DNA of 64,000 bases from NCBI GenBank assembly GCA_036555485.1, contig DATBLG010000127.1:11152-75151 (forward strand), given 5' to 3'. Position numbers and translations under genes: made by a program. This document shows, one piece after another, positions 47,160-57,691 of the stretch; position 1 is the stretch's first letter; each line of letters opens with the position of its first letter. The stretch comes from Gemmatimonadales bacterium (GTDB lineage: Bacteria > Gemmatimonadota > Gemmatimonadetes > Gemmatimonadales > GWC2-71-9). Below the pieces are notes generated by a model. That model saw only the letters and a list, made by a program, of their open reading frames with translations. It did no database searches and was not told where the DNA came from.

Positions 47160-47830
47160 CCACCGCCGCGCTGGTGTTGCTCGTCTGGGGGACGCTCGTG
47201 GGCGTGGACCTGGTGAGCGTGCCGCAGATGATGATCGCCCGACCCCTCGTCGCCGGGACGATCGCCGGAACCCTGGTTGGCGACATCGAGACCGGGCTGC
47301 GGATTGGTGTGGTGTTCGAGTTGTTTCAGTTCGAGATCCTGCCCATCGGTGCGGTTCGCTACCCCGAGTACGGCCCCGCTACGGTCGCGGCCGTGGCGGC
47401 CGCGCACTGGAGCGGCGGGCCCTTGGCCCTGGGCATCGGTGTGGGCGTGGGGCTGATCGTCGGATTGCTGGGCGGCCTGTCGTTGCATTGGTTGCGAACC
47501 GCTAATGCCCGAGCGGTTCGCGCCGCAACAGCGGGGCTCGAGTCGGGCGATGTGCGGGCACTCGAGCGCGTACATCTCGGCGGAATGCTGCGCGACGCCG
47601 GTCGTGCGTGTGCGGTCACGGCCACGGGGCTCGCCGTCGCGCGCCTCGTATCCCTGCTGGACGTTGCGCGCTGGTCACCCGCCGCCCTGGTGCTCGCGGC
47701 GGCGGCGGCGGGAGGGGCTGCGCTCGCGTCCGGGGGGACTGGTCTGCCGCGCCTCGTGGGGCGCGGTCCCAACCTCAAGTGGCTCGCCGCGGGGCTCGCG
47801 GCCGGCGTGGCGGTCGCATGGATCGCGTGA
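47156..47830 (+). CDS. PTS EIIC component, mannose/sorbose family
   Basis: 224 aa, polytopic. GTGA overlap with the upstream gene. The pattern is as in ManY/SorA-like IIC but very Ala/Gly/Leu-rich. Confidence 0.65.
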   Translation: MTTAALVLLVWGTLVGVDLVSVPQMMIARPLVAGTIAGTLVGDIETGLRIGVVFELFQFEILPIGAVRYPEYGPATVAAVAAAHWSGGPLALGIGVGVGLIVGLLGGLSLHWLRTANARAVRAATAGLESGDVRALERVHLGGMLRDAGRACAVTATGLAVARLVSLLDVARWSPAALVLAAAAAGGAALASGGTGLPRLVGRGPNLKWLAAGLAAGVAVAWIA

Positions 47831-48570
47831 AGACGCCGCTCGCGGCCGCGTTCCTCCGCCTGTTCACCGTCCAAGCGTCGTGGAACTACGACCGCATGGT
47901 GGGCGTGGGCATGGGGATCGCCGAGGAGCCGTTGCTCCGGTCGCTGCGCAACGGAACCGAGGACGGCCCGGCGTATCGCGCGGCGGTGGCACGGGGAGCC
48001 CAATTCTTCAATGCGCATCCGTACCTGTGCGGGCTGGCCGTAGGCGCGATTGCCCGCGCCGAGCGCGACGGAGTCCCTCCGGAGCAGATCGAGCGGTTGC
48101 GGGATGCCTTGATCGGGCCGCTCGGCTCGCTCGGCGATCGGCTGTTTTGGGTGGGCTGGCTGCCGTTGCTCTCTACCGCGGCGATCGTCGCGATCACGTT
48201 GGGCGCTGGCTGGGAGGCGATCGCCGCCTTCCTCGTGATCTACAACATCGGGCACGTCACGTTGCGGTGGTGGGCGCTCTCGGCAGGCTGGAACGCCGGC
48301 TCGGACGTGGTCGCCGCCCTGCGACACCCGCTAGTGCAGCGCTCGCTCCGCCTGGTCCTTCCGGCGATGGCGCTCGTAAGTGGGTTTTGCTTGCCGCTCG
48401 CCGCTCGTTGGCTGGCGCAGCCGTTGCCGCGGGGGCCGGCGCTCGGCATGCTCGGGGTCGCAGTGGTTGGTCTGGTGCTGTTGCGCTGGCAGCCGCGTCT
48501 CGTGACGGGACTGCGCCTCGGCCTCGCGGCCGTGGGGGTGGCGTTAGTGGCGGGGTGGGCATGGCGGTGA
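47818..48570 (+). CDS. PTS EIID component, mannose/sorbose family
   Basis: It has the IID-type motifs FLRLFTVQASWNYDRM and FFNAHPY. ATG at 47818 overlaps the IIC end. Confidence 0.75.
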   Translation: MDRVKTPLAAAFLRLFTVQASWNYDRMVGVGMGIAEEPLLRSLRNGTEDGPAYRAAVARGAQFFNAHPYLCGLAVGAIARAERDGVPPEQIERLRDALIGPLGSLGDRLFWVGWLPLLSTAAIVAITLGAGWEAIAAFLVIYNIGHVTLRWWALSAGWNAGSDVVAALRHPLVQRSLRLVLPAMALVSGFCLPLAARWLAQPLPRGPALGMLGVAVVGLVLLRWQPRLVTGLRLGLAAVGVALVAGWAWR

Positions 48571-48896
48571 TCGAGCGTGATGCGCGGATCGTGAACCCCC
48601 TCGGCATGCACGCCCGGCCGGCGGCGGAGTTCGTGAAGATCGCAACCCGCTTCCGCTGCGCCGTGGAGGTGAGCAAGGACGACTTGCGGGTCAACGGCAA
48701 GAGCATCATGGGGGTCATGATGCTCGCCGCCGAGCGTGGCTCGGACATGCGGATCATCACCAACGGGGAGGACGCCGAGCAGGCGATGGACGCCCTGCTC
48801 GCGCTCGTCGCGGCCGGGTTCAACGAAATGCACCTCACCGGGTCCGAAGTCGATGATGAGGATCCGGAGCCCGAATCCGAGCGCACCCCGGCATGA
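48561..48896 (+). CDS. ptsH: Phosphocarrier protein HPr (with acidic C-terminal extension)
   Basis: It has the His-15 region NPLGMHARPA and the Ser-46 region NGKSIMGVM. 111 aa with the tail [16 protein letters not shown]. Confidence 0.85.
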   Translation: MAVIERDARIVNPLGMHARPAAEFVKIATRFRCAVEVSKDDLRVNGKSIMGVMMLAAERGSDMRIITNGEDAEQAMDALLALVAAGFNEMHLTGSEVDDEDPEPESERTPA

Positions 48897-50695
48897 GCGA
48901 TCGGCTGTTGCGTGGCATCGGCGTGTCGCCCGGGATCGCCATCGGACCGGCGGCGGTGGTGCACTGGGCGCTGCCCGAGGTGCCGCACCGGGTGGTGCCG
49001 CGCTCTCAGGTGGAACGGGAGGTGCGCCGTCTGCGCGCCGCGATGCGCGACGTGCAGCGGCATCTGGCGGAGCTGAAGGAGCGTGCCGTGGACCGCGCCG
49101 GCGTCGACGAGGCGCGCATCTTCGATGCGCAGATGCTGATGCTCGAGGACGTCGAATTCATCGGCGGCATTGAGGACCTGATCCGCGAGAACCATCTCAC
49201 GGCGGAAAAGGCGTTCGAGTTCAAGGCGTTTGAAATGCGGGATGCGTGGACCAGCACCGGCAACGCCCGTTTGAAGGAGCGGATCGCCGACCTCAATGGC
49301 ATCACGATCCGCGCGGTGCGTCACCTCATGCACCTTCCCGCCGACGAGCTGTGGGAGGACATGTCGCAGCCGTCCATCGTGGTCGCGCGGGAGCTGGCGC
49401 CGGGTCTCACCGTCCAGTTTGATCGCGACCGCGTGGTCGGCCTCGTGAGTGAAGAGGGCACACGAACGTCCCACGCGGCGATCCTCGCGCATTCCATGGG
49501 CATGCCGGCGGTGATGGGTCTGCGGGGCGCCGTGGACCGCATCGAGTCTGGCACGACGCTGATTCTGGACGGCACCCGCGGGACGGTGCTGCTCGATCCC
49601 ACCGAAACCGAGATTGGTGAAGCGATCGAGCGCGACAACCGGCGCCACGAGCTGCTGGTCGATCTGGAACGCGTCGTCCACCTGCCGGCCGTCACCACCG
49701 ACGGGTTGCGGATCGCGCTGCGCGGCAACGTGGATTTGCCGGATGAGATCGAGGCGGCACGCGAACACGGGGCGGAGGGTGTGGGCCTGCTGCGGACCGA
49801 GTTTCTCGTGACCGGGCAGTCGGCCTTGCCGTCCGAGGACGAACAGGCGCACTACTTCGCGCGCGTCGGCAAGGCGTTCGCCGGACACCCCGTAGTGGTG
49901 CGCACGTTCGATTTGGGCGGAGACAAATTCCCCGCGGCGTTCCAGGCGCCGCCCGAAGCGAACCCGTTCCTCGGCTGGCGCGCGATCCGCGTGTGTCTCG
50001 ACCAGCCCGACGTATTCCGCGCCCAGATCCGCGCGGTGCTGCGTGCGGCCGCCGACGCGCAGATTCACCTCATGATTCCCCTGGTGACGCGCCTGCAGGA
50101 GGTCGATCGCACCCGCGAGCTGGTCGCCGAAGAAAGCGAGCGCCTCGCTCGCGACGGGGTCCGCGCCGCCACCACGCTGCCGATCGGCGTCATGGTCGAG
50201 ACGCCTGCCGCGGCGGTGCTCGCCGACCGGTTGGCGGACGTCAGCGATTTCCTGAGCGTCGGCACGAACGACCTGACCCAGTACACGCTGGTGGTGGATC
50301 GGGGGAACGCGCGGCTTGCCGACCGCTTCGTGCCGCACGACCCGAGCGTCTTGCGACTGCTGAAGCAGGTGGCCGACGCGGCGCGCGCCGCGGGGAAACC
50401 CGCCAGCGTGTGCGGCGAGATGGCGTCGGATCCGTTGTCCGCGTTCCTGCTGATCGGTCTCGGCTACGAGACGTTCTCGGTCGCGCCGCCGGCGCTACCG
50501 TTCATCCGCTGGGTTGTGCGCCAACTCAGCCGCAGCAAGGCAGAAGCCGCGGCCGCCGCCGCGCTCAACGCGCGCACCGACACGCAGGTGCTGGACGTGT
50601 TGCGCGAAGCGGTCGCCGCGTGCCTCGATCCGGCGTTGCTCGATCCCGACGCCCGGTTGCCCGCCGGACGACGCTCGGCTAGCTTCAAAACCTGA
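48893..50695 (+). CDS. ptsI: Phosphoenolpyruvate--protein phosphotransferase (Enzyme I)
   Basis: 600 aa with the active-site region [11 protein letters not shown] and a PEP-utilising TIM-barrel region (GTNDLTQY). ATGA overlap with ptsH. Confidence 0.9.
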   Translation: MSDRLLRGIGVSPGIAIGPAAVVHWALPEVPHRVVPRSQVEREVRRLRAAMRDVQRHLAELKERAVDRAGVDEARIFDAQMLMLEDVEFIGGIEDLIRENHLTAEKAFEFKAFEMRDAWTSTGNARLKERIADLNGITIRAVRHLMHLPADELWEDMSQPSIVVARELAPGLTVQFDRDRVVGLVSEEGTRTSHAAILAHSMGMPAVMGLRGAVDRIESGTTLILDGTRGTVLLDPTETEIGEAIERDNRRHELLVDLERVVHLPAVTTDGLRIALRGNVDLPDEIEAAREHGAEGVGLLRTEFLVTGQSALPSEDEQAHYFARVGKAFAGHPVVVRTFDLGGDKFPAAFQAPPEANPFLGWRAIRVCLDQPDVFRAQIRAVLRAAADAQIHLMIPLVTRLQEVDRTRELVAEESERLARDGVRAATTLPIGVMVETPAAAVLADRLADVSDFLSVGTNDLTQYTLVVDRGNARLADRFVPHDPSVLRLLKQVADAARAAGKPASVCGEMASDPLSAFLLIGLGYETFSVAPPALPFIRWVVRQLSRSKAEAAAAAALNARTDTQVLDVLREAVAACLDPALLDPDARLPAGRRSASFKT

Positions 50696-50711
50696 GACCT
50701 CCAAGGTCAAC

Positions 50712-53265
<2,554 letters not shown>

Positions 53266-53266
<1 letters not shown>

Positions 53267-53775
53267 TGTCCGCGGTGATCGAGGTCCGTGTAGCCCATCT
53301 GGGCCTCGACCGTACGACCAACACGCCCGTCGTGATCCTCCAGGAGCAGGGCGGCGACCGCGTCCTGCCGATTTGGATCGGTCCCGCGGAAGCGAGCGCA
53401 ATCGCGATGGAGCTCGCGGGCATGAAATTCGCCCGTCCGCTCACGCACGACCTGCTGAAACTGGTGATCGTGGGGCTGGGGGCGGATCTGCGCAAAGTCA
53501 TCATCACCCAGGTGAAGGACAACACGTATTTCGCCGAGCTGCACATCTACCGGGGCGATGCAGTCGTGAACATCGACGCACGGCCGTCCGACTCGATCGC
53601 GGTGGCGCTCCGTCTCAAGGCGCCGATCTTCACCAGCGATGATCTGCTCGAGAACACCGCCATCGACACGTCGGAACTGGCGACCGAAGGTGGACCCCAG
53701 GCGCTCGACGCCGACGCCCTCAAGAACTACCTGCAAAACCTCGATCCTGAAGACTTCGGGAAGTTCACGCCGTAA
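53266..53775 (+). CDS. Bifunctional nuclease (BFN/DUF151) domain protein
   Basis: It has the family pattern VVILQEQGGDRVLPIWIGPAEASAIAMEL and RPLTHDLL. TGATG overlap with ahcY. Confidence 0.75.
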
Positions 53776-54757
53776 GGCGCTCGCCGTCCTCGTCGGTCTC
53801 GTGACGGGGGTGGGCGCGAGTCTCGCGGCGCAGGGCGCGAGTGTATCCGGTGTCCTCGTGCGGGGCGGAGCCAGCCGGTCCCCCCTCGCGGGCCGCTGGG
53901 TCGTGCTGCATCAGGTCACGATGCAGGCCGGCGCGCCGGTCGACTCGGTGCGGAGCGATGCGCGAGGCCGCTGGCGGCTGCGGACCCCGCACGTGGACAG
54001 CCTCGCGGTGTACGTCGTCAGCGCGTTTCATGACGGCCTCGCGTACTTCTCCCAGCCGGTCGAGCTGGTCGTGGGACAGGCCACGACGGCCGACACCCTC
54101 GTCGTCTATGACACGACCTCGCGCGGCCTGGCGGTACGGCTCCGGCGACGCCTGGTCACTGTCGCCAGGGCCAAGCCGGACGGTGCGCGCGACGTTCTGG
54201 AGATCCTCGAGCTCGAGAACCCGGGGCGCGCCACACGCGTCGCCGCCGATTCGCTGCACCCGACCTGGGCCGGAGCGATTCCGCTCGGGGCGTTGCAGTT
54301 TCAGGCTGGCAGCGGGGATTTCTCGACCGACGCGGTCCTCCGGGAGGGCGACCGCGTGGTTGTGTTCGGGCCAATCCAACCCGACGGCCCGCGCCAACTC
54401 TCCTACGGGTATGTGTTGCCGCGCTCGGTCGGTACGCTCAGCCTCCCGATCGATCAACCTACGGCTGAGCTGAATCTGTTGATCGAAGACACGACCGCCG
54501 TCGTCTCGGCGCCGTCGCTGGTGGCGGGCGGCGTGGAAGAGATCGAAAACCGGACGTTCTCCCGCTACCGCACCGGCCCGCTCACAGCCGGGGCGTCCGT
54601 GGCGATCGCGTTTTCCGCCGCTCCGTTCCGGGCAGAGAAGCTGCTGCCCGTGTTGGTGGGTGCGCTCGCAGTCGTTCTGGGAGTCGGACTGTGGATCGCG
54701 CTGAAAAAGAAGGCGTCAGTCGTCAGTGATCAGTCGTCAGCCGTGACTGACAACTGA
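53639..54757 (+). CDS. Hypothetical exported protein with carboxypeptidase-regulatory-like N-domain and C-terminal TM anchor
   Basis: The start is uncertain. ATG 53639 overlaps BFN by 137 nt. A good signal peptide (RRKALAVLVGLVTGVGASLAAQG) begins near 53750, but no canonical start codon lies there. There is a C-terminal TM helix and KKK, and the last 14 codons are encoded by heptamer-repeat copy B. Confidence 0.55.
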   Translation: MICSRTPPSTRRNWRPKVDPRRSTPTPSRTTCKTSILKTSGSSRRKALAVLVGLVTGVGASLAAQGASVSGVLVRGGASRSPLAGRWVVLHQVTMQAGAPVDSVRSDARGRWRLRTPHVDSLAVYVVSAFHDGLAYFSQPVELVVGQATTADTLVVYDTTSRGLAVRLRRRLVTVARAKPDGARDVLEILELENPGRATRVAADSLHPTWAGAIPLGALQFQAGSGDFSTDAVLREGDRVVVFGPIQPDGPRQLSYGYVLPRSVGTLSLPIDQPTAELNLLIEDTTAVVSAPSLVAGGVEEIENRTFSRYRTGPLTAGASVAIAFSAAPFRAEKLLPVLVGALAVVLGVGLWIALKKKASVVSDQSSAVTDN

Positions 54758-54767
54758 CAACTGACAA
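54715..54767. repeat. Composite heptamer-array palindromic element, copy B
   Basis: GTCAGTC-GTCAGTG-ATCAGTC-GTCAGCC (54715-54742) and CTGACAA x3 (54747-54767) flank a 4-nt spacer (GTGA, 54743-54746). The arms pair as helices of 5, 5, 6 and 3 bp around a 6-nt loop. The stop codon of the upstream CDS (54755-54757) lies in the 3' arm. Confidence 0.85.
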
Positions 54768-54810
54768 CTTGCGCACCTGATTCCTGCTCGTTACCGTACC
54801 TGAGCACAAT

Positions 54811-54952
54811 CGCGAACGTGGTTCACGGAAGCCGGTGCGAATCCGGCGCGGCCCCGCCACTGTAACGGGCACATCATGATCGGCTCGACGCCACCGGGAA
54901 ACCGGGAAGGCCCGAGACCCGAGCCCGAAGCCAGGAGACGTCTTCGTTCGCG
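54811..54952 (+). ncRNA. Cobalamin (B12) riboswitch
   Basis: The conserved core is GGTTCACGGAAGCCGGTGCGAATCCGGCGCGGCCCCGCCACTGTAACGGG, followed by GCCACCGGGAAACCGGGAAGGC and the B12 box AGCCAGGAGACG. The P1 stem CGCGAACG (54811-54818) pairs perfectly with CGTTCGCG (54945-54952). It sits directly upstream of B12-type uptake genes. Confidence 0.88.
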
Positions 54953-54977
54953 CCACCTGTAGTCCCTCGCGGGAGGG

Positions 54978-55961
54978 ATGGTGGCGTCGCAGCGCATCGA
55001 GGCGCTGCCGCTCGCCCATCTCCGCTCCGTCGGGGGTGGGCTTTGTTGCATGCGCCGTTGGGCACATCGCACCCACCTCGCAGGCTGGCTCCTTGCCGTC
55101 GCGGCAGGAGCGTGCCGCGGTTCTGCCGAGCGGCGCACCACGCCGGAGGGGAGTGGAGCGCTCTCGGTTGTCGATGACGCGGGCCGTGCCGTGGTTCTCG
55201 CCGCTCCGGCTCGTCGAATCGTGTCGCTCGCGCCGTCGATCACCGAGTTGTTGTTTGCGATCGGGGCGGGGGACCGCGTCGTCGGCCGGACAACCTGGTG
55301 CAAATACCCCCCAGCCGCGACCGCCGTGCCCTCCGTGGGGGATGGCCTGGACCCCAACGTCGAAGCGATTGCCGCGCGGCATCCGGACCTCGTGGTCCTG
55401 TACCGCTCGGCGCTCACCGAGTCTGCCACTGGCCGGCTCGCAGCGCTCGGCATCCCCACCCTCGTCCTGCGACACGACCGGCTGCTGGACATTGGCCGCA
55501 CCGCACGACTCCTTGGCCGGCTGACCGGCCAGTCGTCGGCCGGCGACTCGCTGGCGCAACTGATCGACAGCACTCTCGCCGTCTCACCACCGGCCGCGGT
55601 CCCGCGGCCTCGCATCGCCTTTCTCGTCTGGGACAATCCGCCGATGACCATCGGCGGCGGCAGCTTTCTCGACGAGCTCGTGGGGCTGGCGGGGGGCGAG
55701 AATGTGTTTCACGACATCCGGTCGGCCTCGGCGACCGTCTCGCTCGAGACCATCGCCGCGCGTGACCCCGATTGGATTCTGATTCTGACCGACAGCGTGC
55801 CTGGGCCGCCGGCGTGGAGTGCGCGCGCGGAGTGGCGCGTGGTTCGGGCGGCGCGAGCCAGGCGGTTCTTGTACCTGCCCGCCGAGTTGTTCGGGCAGCC
55901 CTCGCCGCGCACACCCGAGGCAGTCGCAACCCTGCGGAGGCTGCTTGAGGCGGCGCGATGA
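54978..55961 (+). CDS. ABC transporter periplasmic substrate-binding protein, BtuF/FecB-like
   Basis: It has the pattern RIVSLAPSITELLFAIGAGDRVVGRT. The start is either ATG 54978 or GTG 54981, both inside the riboswitch expression-platform hairpin. The alternative is ATG 55050, which gives the lipoprotein signal MRRWAHRTHLAGWLLAVAAGAC. Confidence 0.8.
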   Translation: MVASQRIEALPLAHLRSVGGGLCCMRRWAHRTHLAGWLLAVAAGACRGSAERRTTPEGSGALSVVDDAGRAVVLAAPARRIVSLAPSITELLFAIGAGDRVVGRTTWCKYPPAATAVPSVGDGLDPNVEAIAARHPDLVVLYRSALTESATGRLAALGIPTLVLRHDRLLDIGRTARLLGRLTGQSSAGDSLAQLIDSTLAVSPPAAVPRPRIAFLVWDNPPMTIGGGSFLDELVGLAGGENVFHDIRSASATVSLETIAARDPDWILILTDSVPGPPAWSARAEWRVVRAARARRFLYLPAELFGQPSPRTPEAVATLRRLLEAAR

Positions 55962-56899
55962 AGTGGCTGGCGCTCGTCGGCGGGCTCATGGTTGTCCTGC
56001 TCGCGGCCGTGGTGCTAGGCCCCGCCGCGGTCCCGCTGCGGGAGCTGACCCACTCGCCGATCGTCTTGCAGCTGCGGGTGCCGCGCGCCCTGCTGGGGCT
56101 GCTGGTCGGCGGCTCGCTTGGCGTGGCAGGCGCGAGTCTCCAGTCGCTGGTGCGGAACCCGCTTGCCGACCCGTTTCTGCTCGGTCTCTCCGGTGGGGCG
56201 GGGCTCGGAGCCGTGACGGCCATCGCCCTGCACCTGCCGGGCTCGTGGGCGCTCCCGCTCGCGGCCTTCGTCGGCGCCCTGGGTGCGTTGGGGCTCGTGT
56301 TCCGACTCGGATTGGTGGGGGGAGCGGAGCTTGATCCGCGCATTCTGTTGCTCGGCGGGGTCGCCGTCGGTGCGTTCTGTGCCGCCGTTACGACGGCAAT
56401 CGTCTCTCTCGCCGAGGCCAGTGAGCTGCGCAACGCGTTTCTCTGGCTGTGGGGTGGTCTCTCCGGCGCTTCCTGGGACACGGTGCGCGTCCTGCTGGTC
56501 TATCTGCCCCTGCCGCTGCTCGTGCTGTTCGGCGCCGCCCGCTCGCTCGACCTCCTGGTGCTGGGCGAGGAGCAGGCTCGCCATCTTGGCGCCGACGTGG
56601 CGGCGGTGAAGCGACGCGTGTACCTGGCCGCATCGTTCCTCACCGCCGCCGCGGTCGCGACGGCCGGGGTCGTCGGCTTCGTCGGGCTGATCGTACCACA
56701 CCTGGCCCGCTCGTTGTGGGGCGGGCGACACCGCTCCCTGTTGCCGGCCTCGTTCCTTGCCGGCGGCGCGTTGCTGGTCGCGGCGGATACCCTGGCTCGT
56801 GTTGCCGTCGCCCCGCGCGAGCTTCCGGTGGGTGTCGTGACCGCCCTCGTCGGCGTCCCACTCTTCGTGCTCCTGCTCAGGCGATGGACGGCGTACTGA
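55958..56899 (+). CDS. ABC transporter permease, FecCD/BtuC family
   Basis: 313 aa, polytopic, with the typical LVGGSLGVAGASLQSLVRNPLADP motif. ATGA overlap with the upstream gene. Confidence 0.85.
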   Translation: MKWLALVGGLMVVLLAAVVLGPAAVPLRELTHSPIVLQLRVPRALLGLLVGGSLGVAGASLQSLVRNPLADPFLLGLSGGAGLGAVTAIALHLPGSWALPLAAFVGALGALGLVFRLGLVGGAELDPRILLLGGVAVGAFCAAVTTAIVSLAEASELRNAFLWLWGGLSGASWDTVRVLLVYLPLPLLVLFGAARSLDLLVLGEEQARHLGADVAAVKRRVYLAASFLTAAAVATAGVVGFVGLIVPHLARSLWGGRHRSLLPASFLAGGALLVAADTLARVAVAPRELPVGVVTALVGVPLFVLLLRRWTAY

Positions 56900-57678
56900 T
56901 TCTCGACGTCACTGACGTCACGTACCGGTATCCCAAGGGTGGCCGGGACGCGCTGCGTGGCGTGTCGTGTGCCGTGCGCAGCGGAGAGCTCGTGGCCGTC
57001 CTCGGCCCGAACGGCAGCGGCAAGACTACCCTGGTCCGCGTCGCCCTCGGCGCAGCACCACCGCATGCCGGGACCGCCCGGATCCTCGGCCGACCGGCGC
57101 ACACCTGGTCGCGGCGCGAGCTTGCCCGTGTGGTCGGCGTTGTCACGCAGCATGAGGACAATCTGTTTCCGCAGCGGGTGCGTGAGACGGTGCTGCTCGG
57201 TCGCTATGCCCGGCTGTCTTCCTGGAGTGGAGAGCGCGTCGAGGATCAAACCGCCGTGACGCGGGCGTTGGAGCGCTGCGATGTGGACGCCCTGGCGGAT
57301 CGGTGGCTGTGGACGCTCTCGGGTGGCGAGTACCAGCGGGTGCGCATCGCGCGCGCCCTGGCCCAGGAGCCGCGGCTCCTCGTACTCGACGAGCCGACCG
57401 CCTCGCTCGACGTGCGCCACGAGATGGAGCTGTTCGAGCTGGTTCGCGCGCTGGTTGAGCGGGAGGGGCTCGCCGCGGTCGTCGTGACCCACGATGTCAA
57501 TCTCGCCGCCCGGTTTGCCGACCGCATCGTGCTCTTGTCTGATGGTGTTGTGGCCGCGGCCGGTTCGCCGGATGAGGTCCTGCGGCGCGACGTCGCAGCC
57601 TCCGTGTTCGACTGGCCGCTCGCTGTGTCTTCGTTCGATGGCCGCCCCCAAATCACACCTCTCAGACGCCCCAGCTAA
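56884..57678 (+). CDS. ABC transporter ATP-binding protein, BtuD/FepC-like
   Basis: It has Walker A GPNGSGKTT, the signature LSGGEYQR and Walker B LLVLDEP. I trimmed the track ORF (56449..). Confidence 0.85.
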   Translation: MDGVLILDVTDVTYRYPKGGRDALRGVSCAVRSGELVAVLGPNGSGKTTLVRVALGAAPPHAGTARILGRPAHTWSRRELARVVGVVTQHEDNLFPQRVRETVLLGRYARLSSWSGERVEDQTAVTRALERCDVDALADRWLWTLSGGEYQRVRIARALAQEPRLLVLDEPTASLDVRHEMELFELVRALVEREGLAAVVVTHDVNLAARFADRIVLLSDGVVAAAGSPDEVLRRDVAASVFDWPLAVSSFDGRPQITPLRRPS

Positions 57679-57691
57679 ACTGGAGCTCGAA

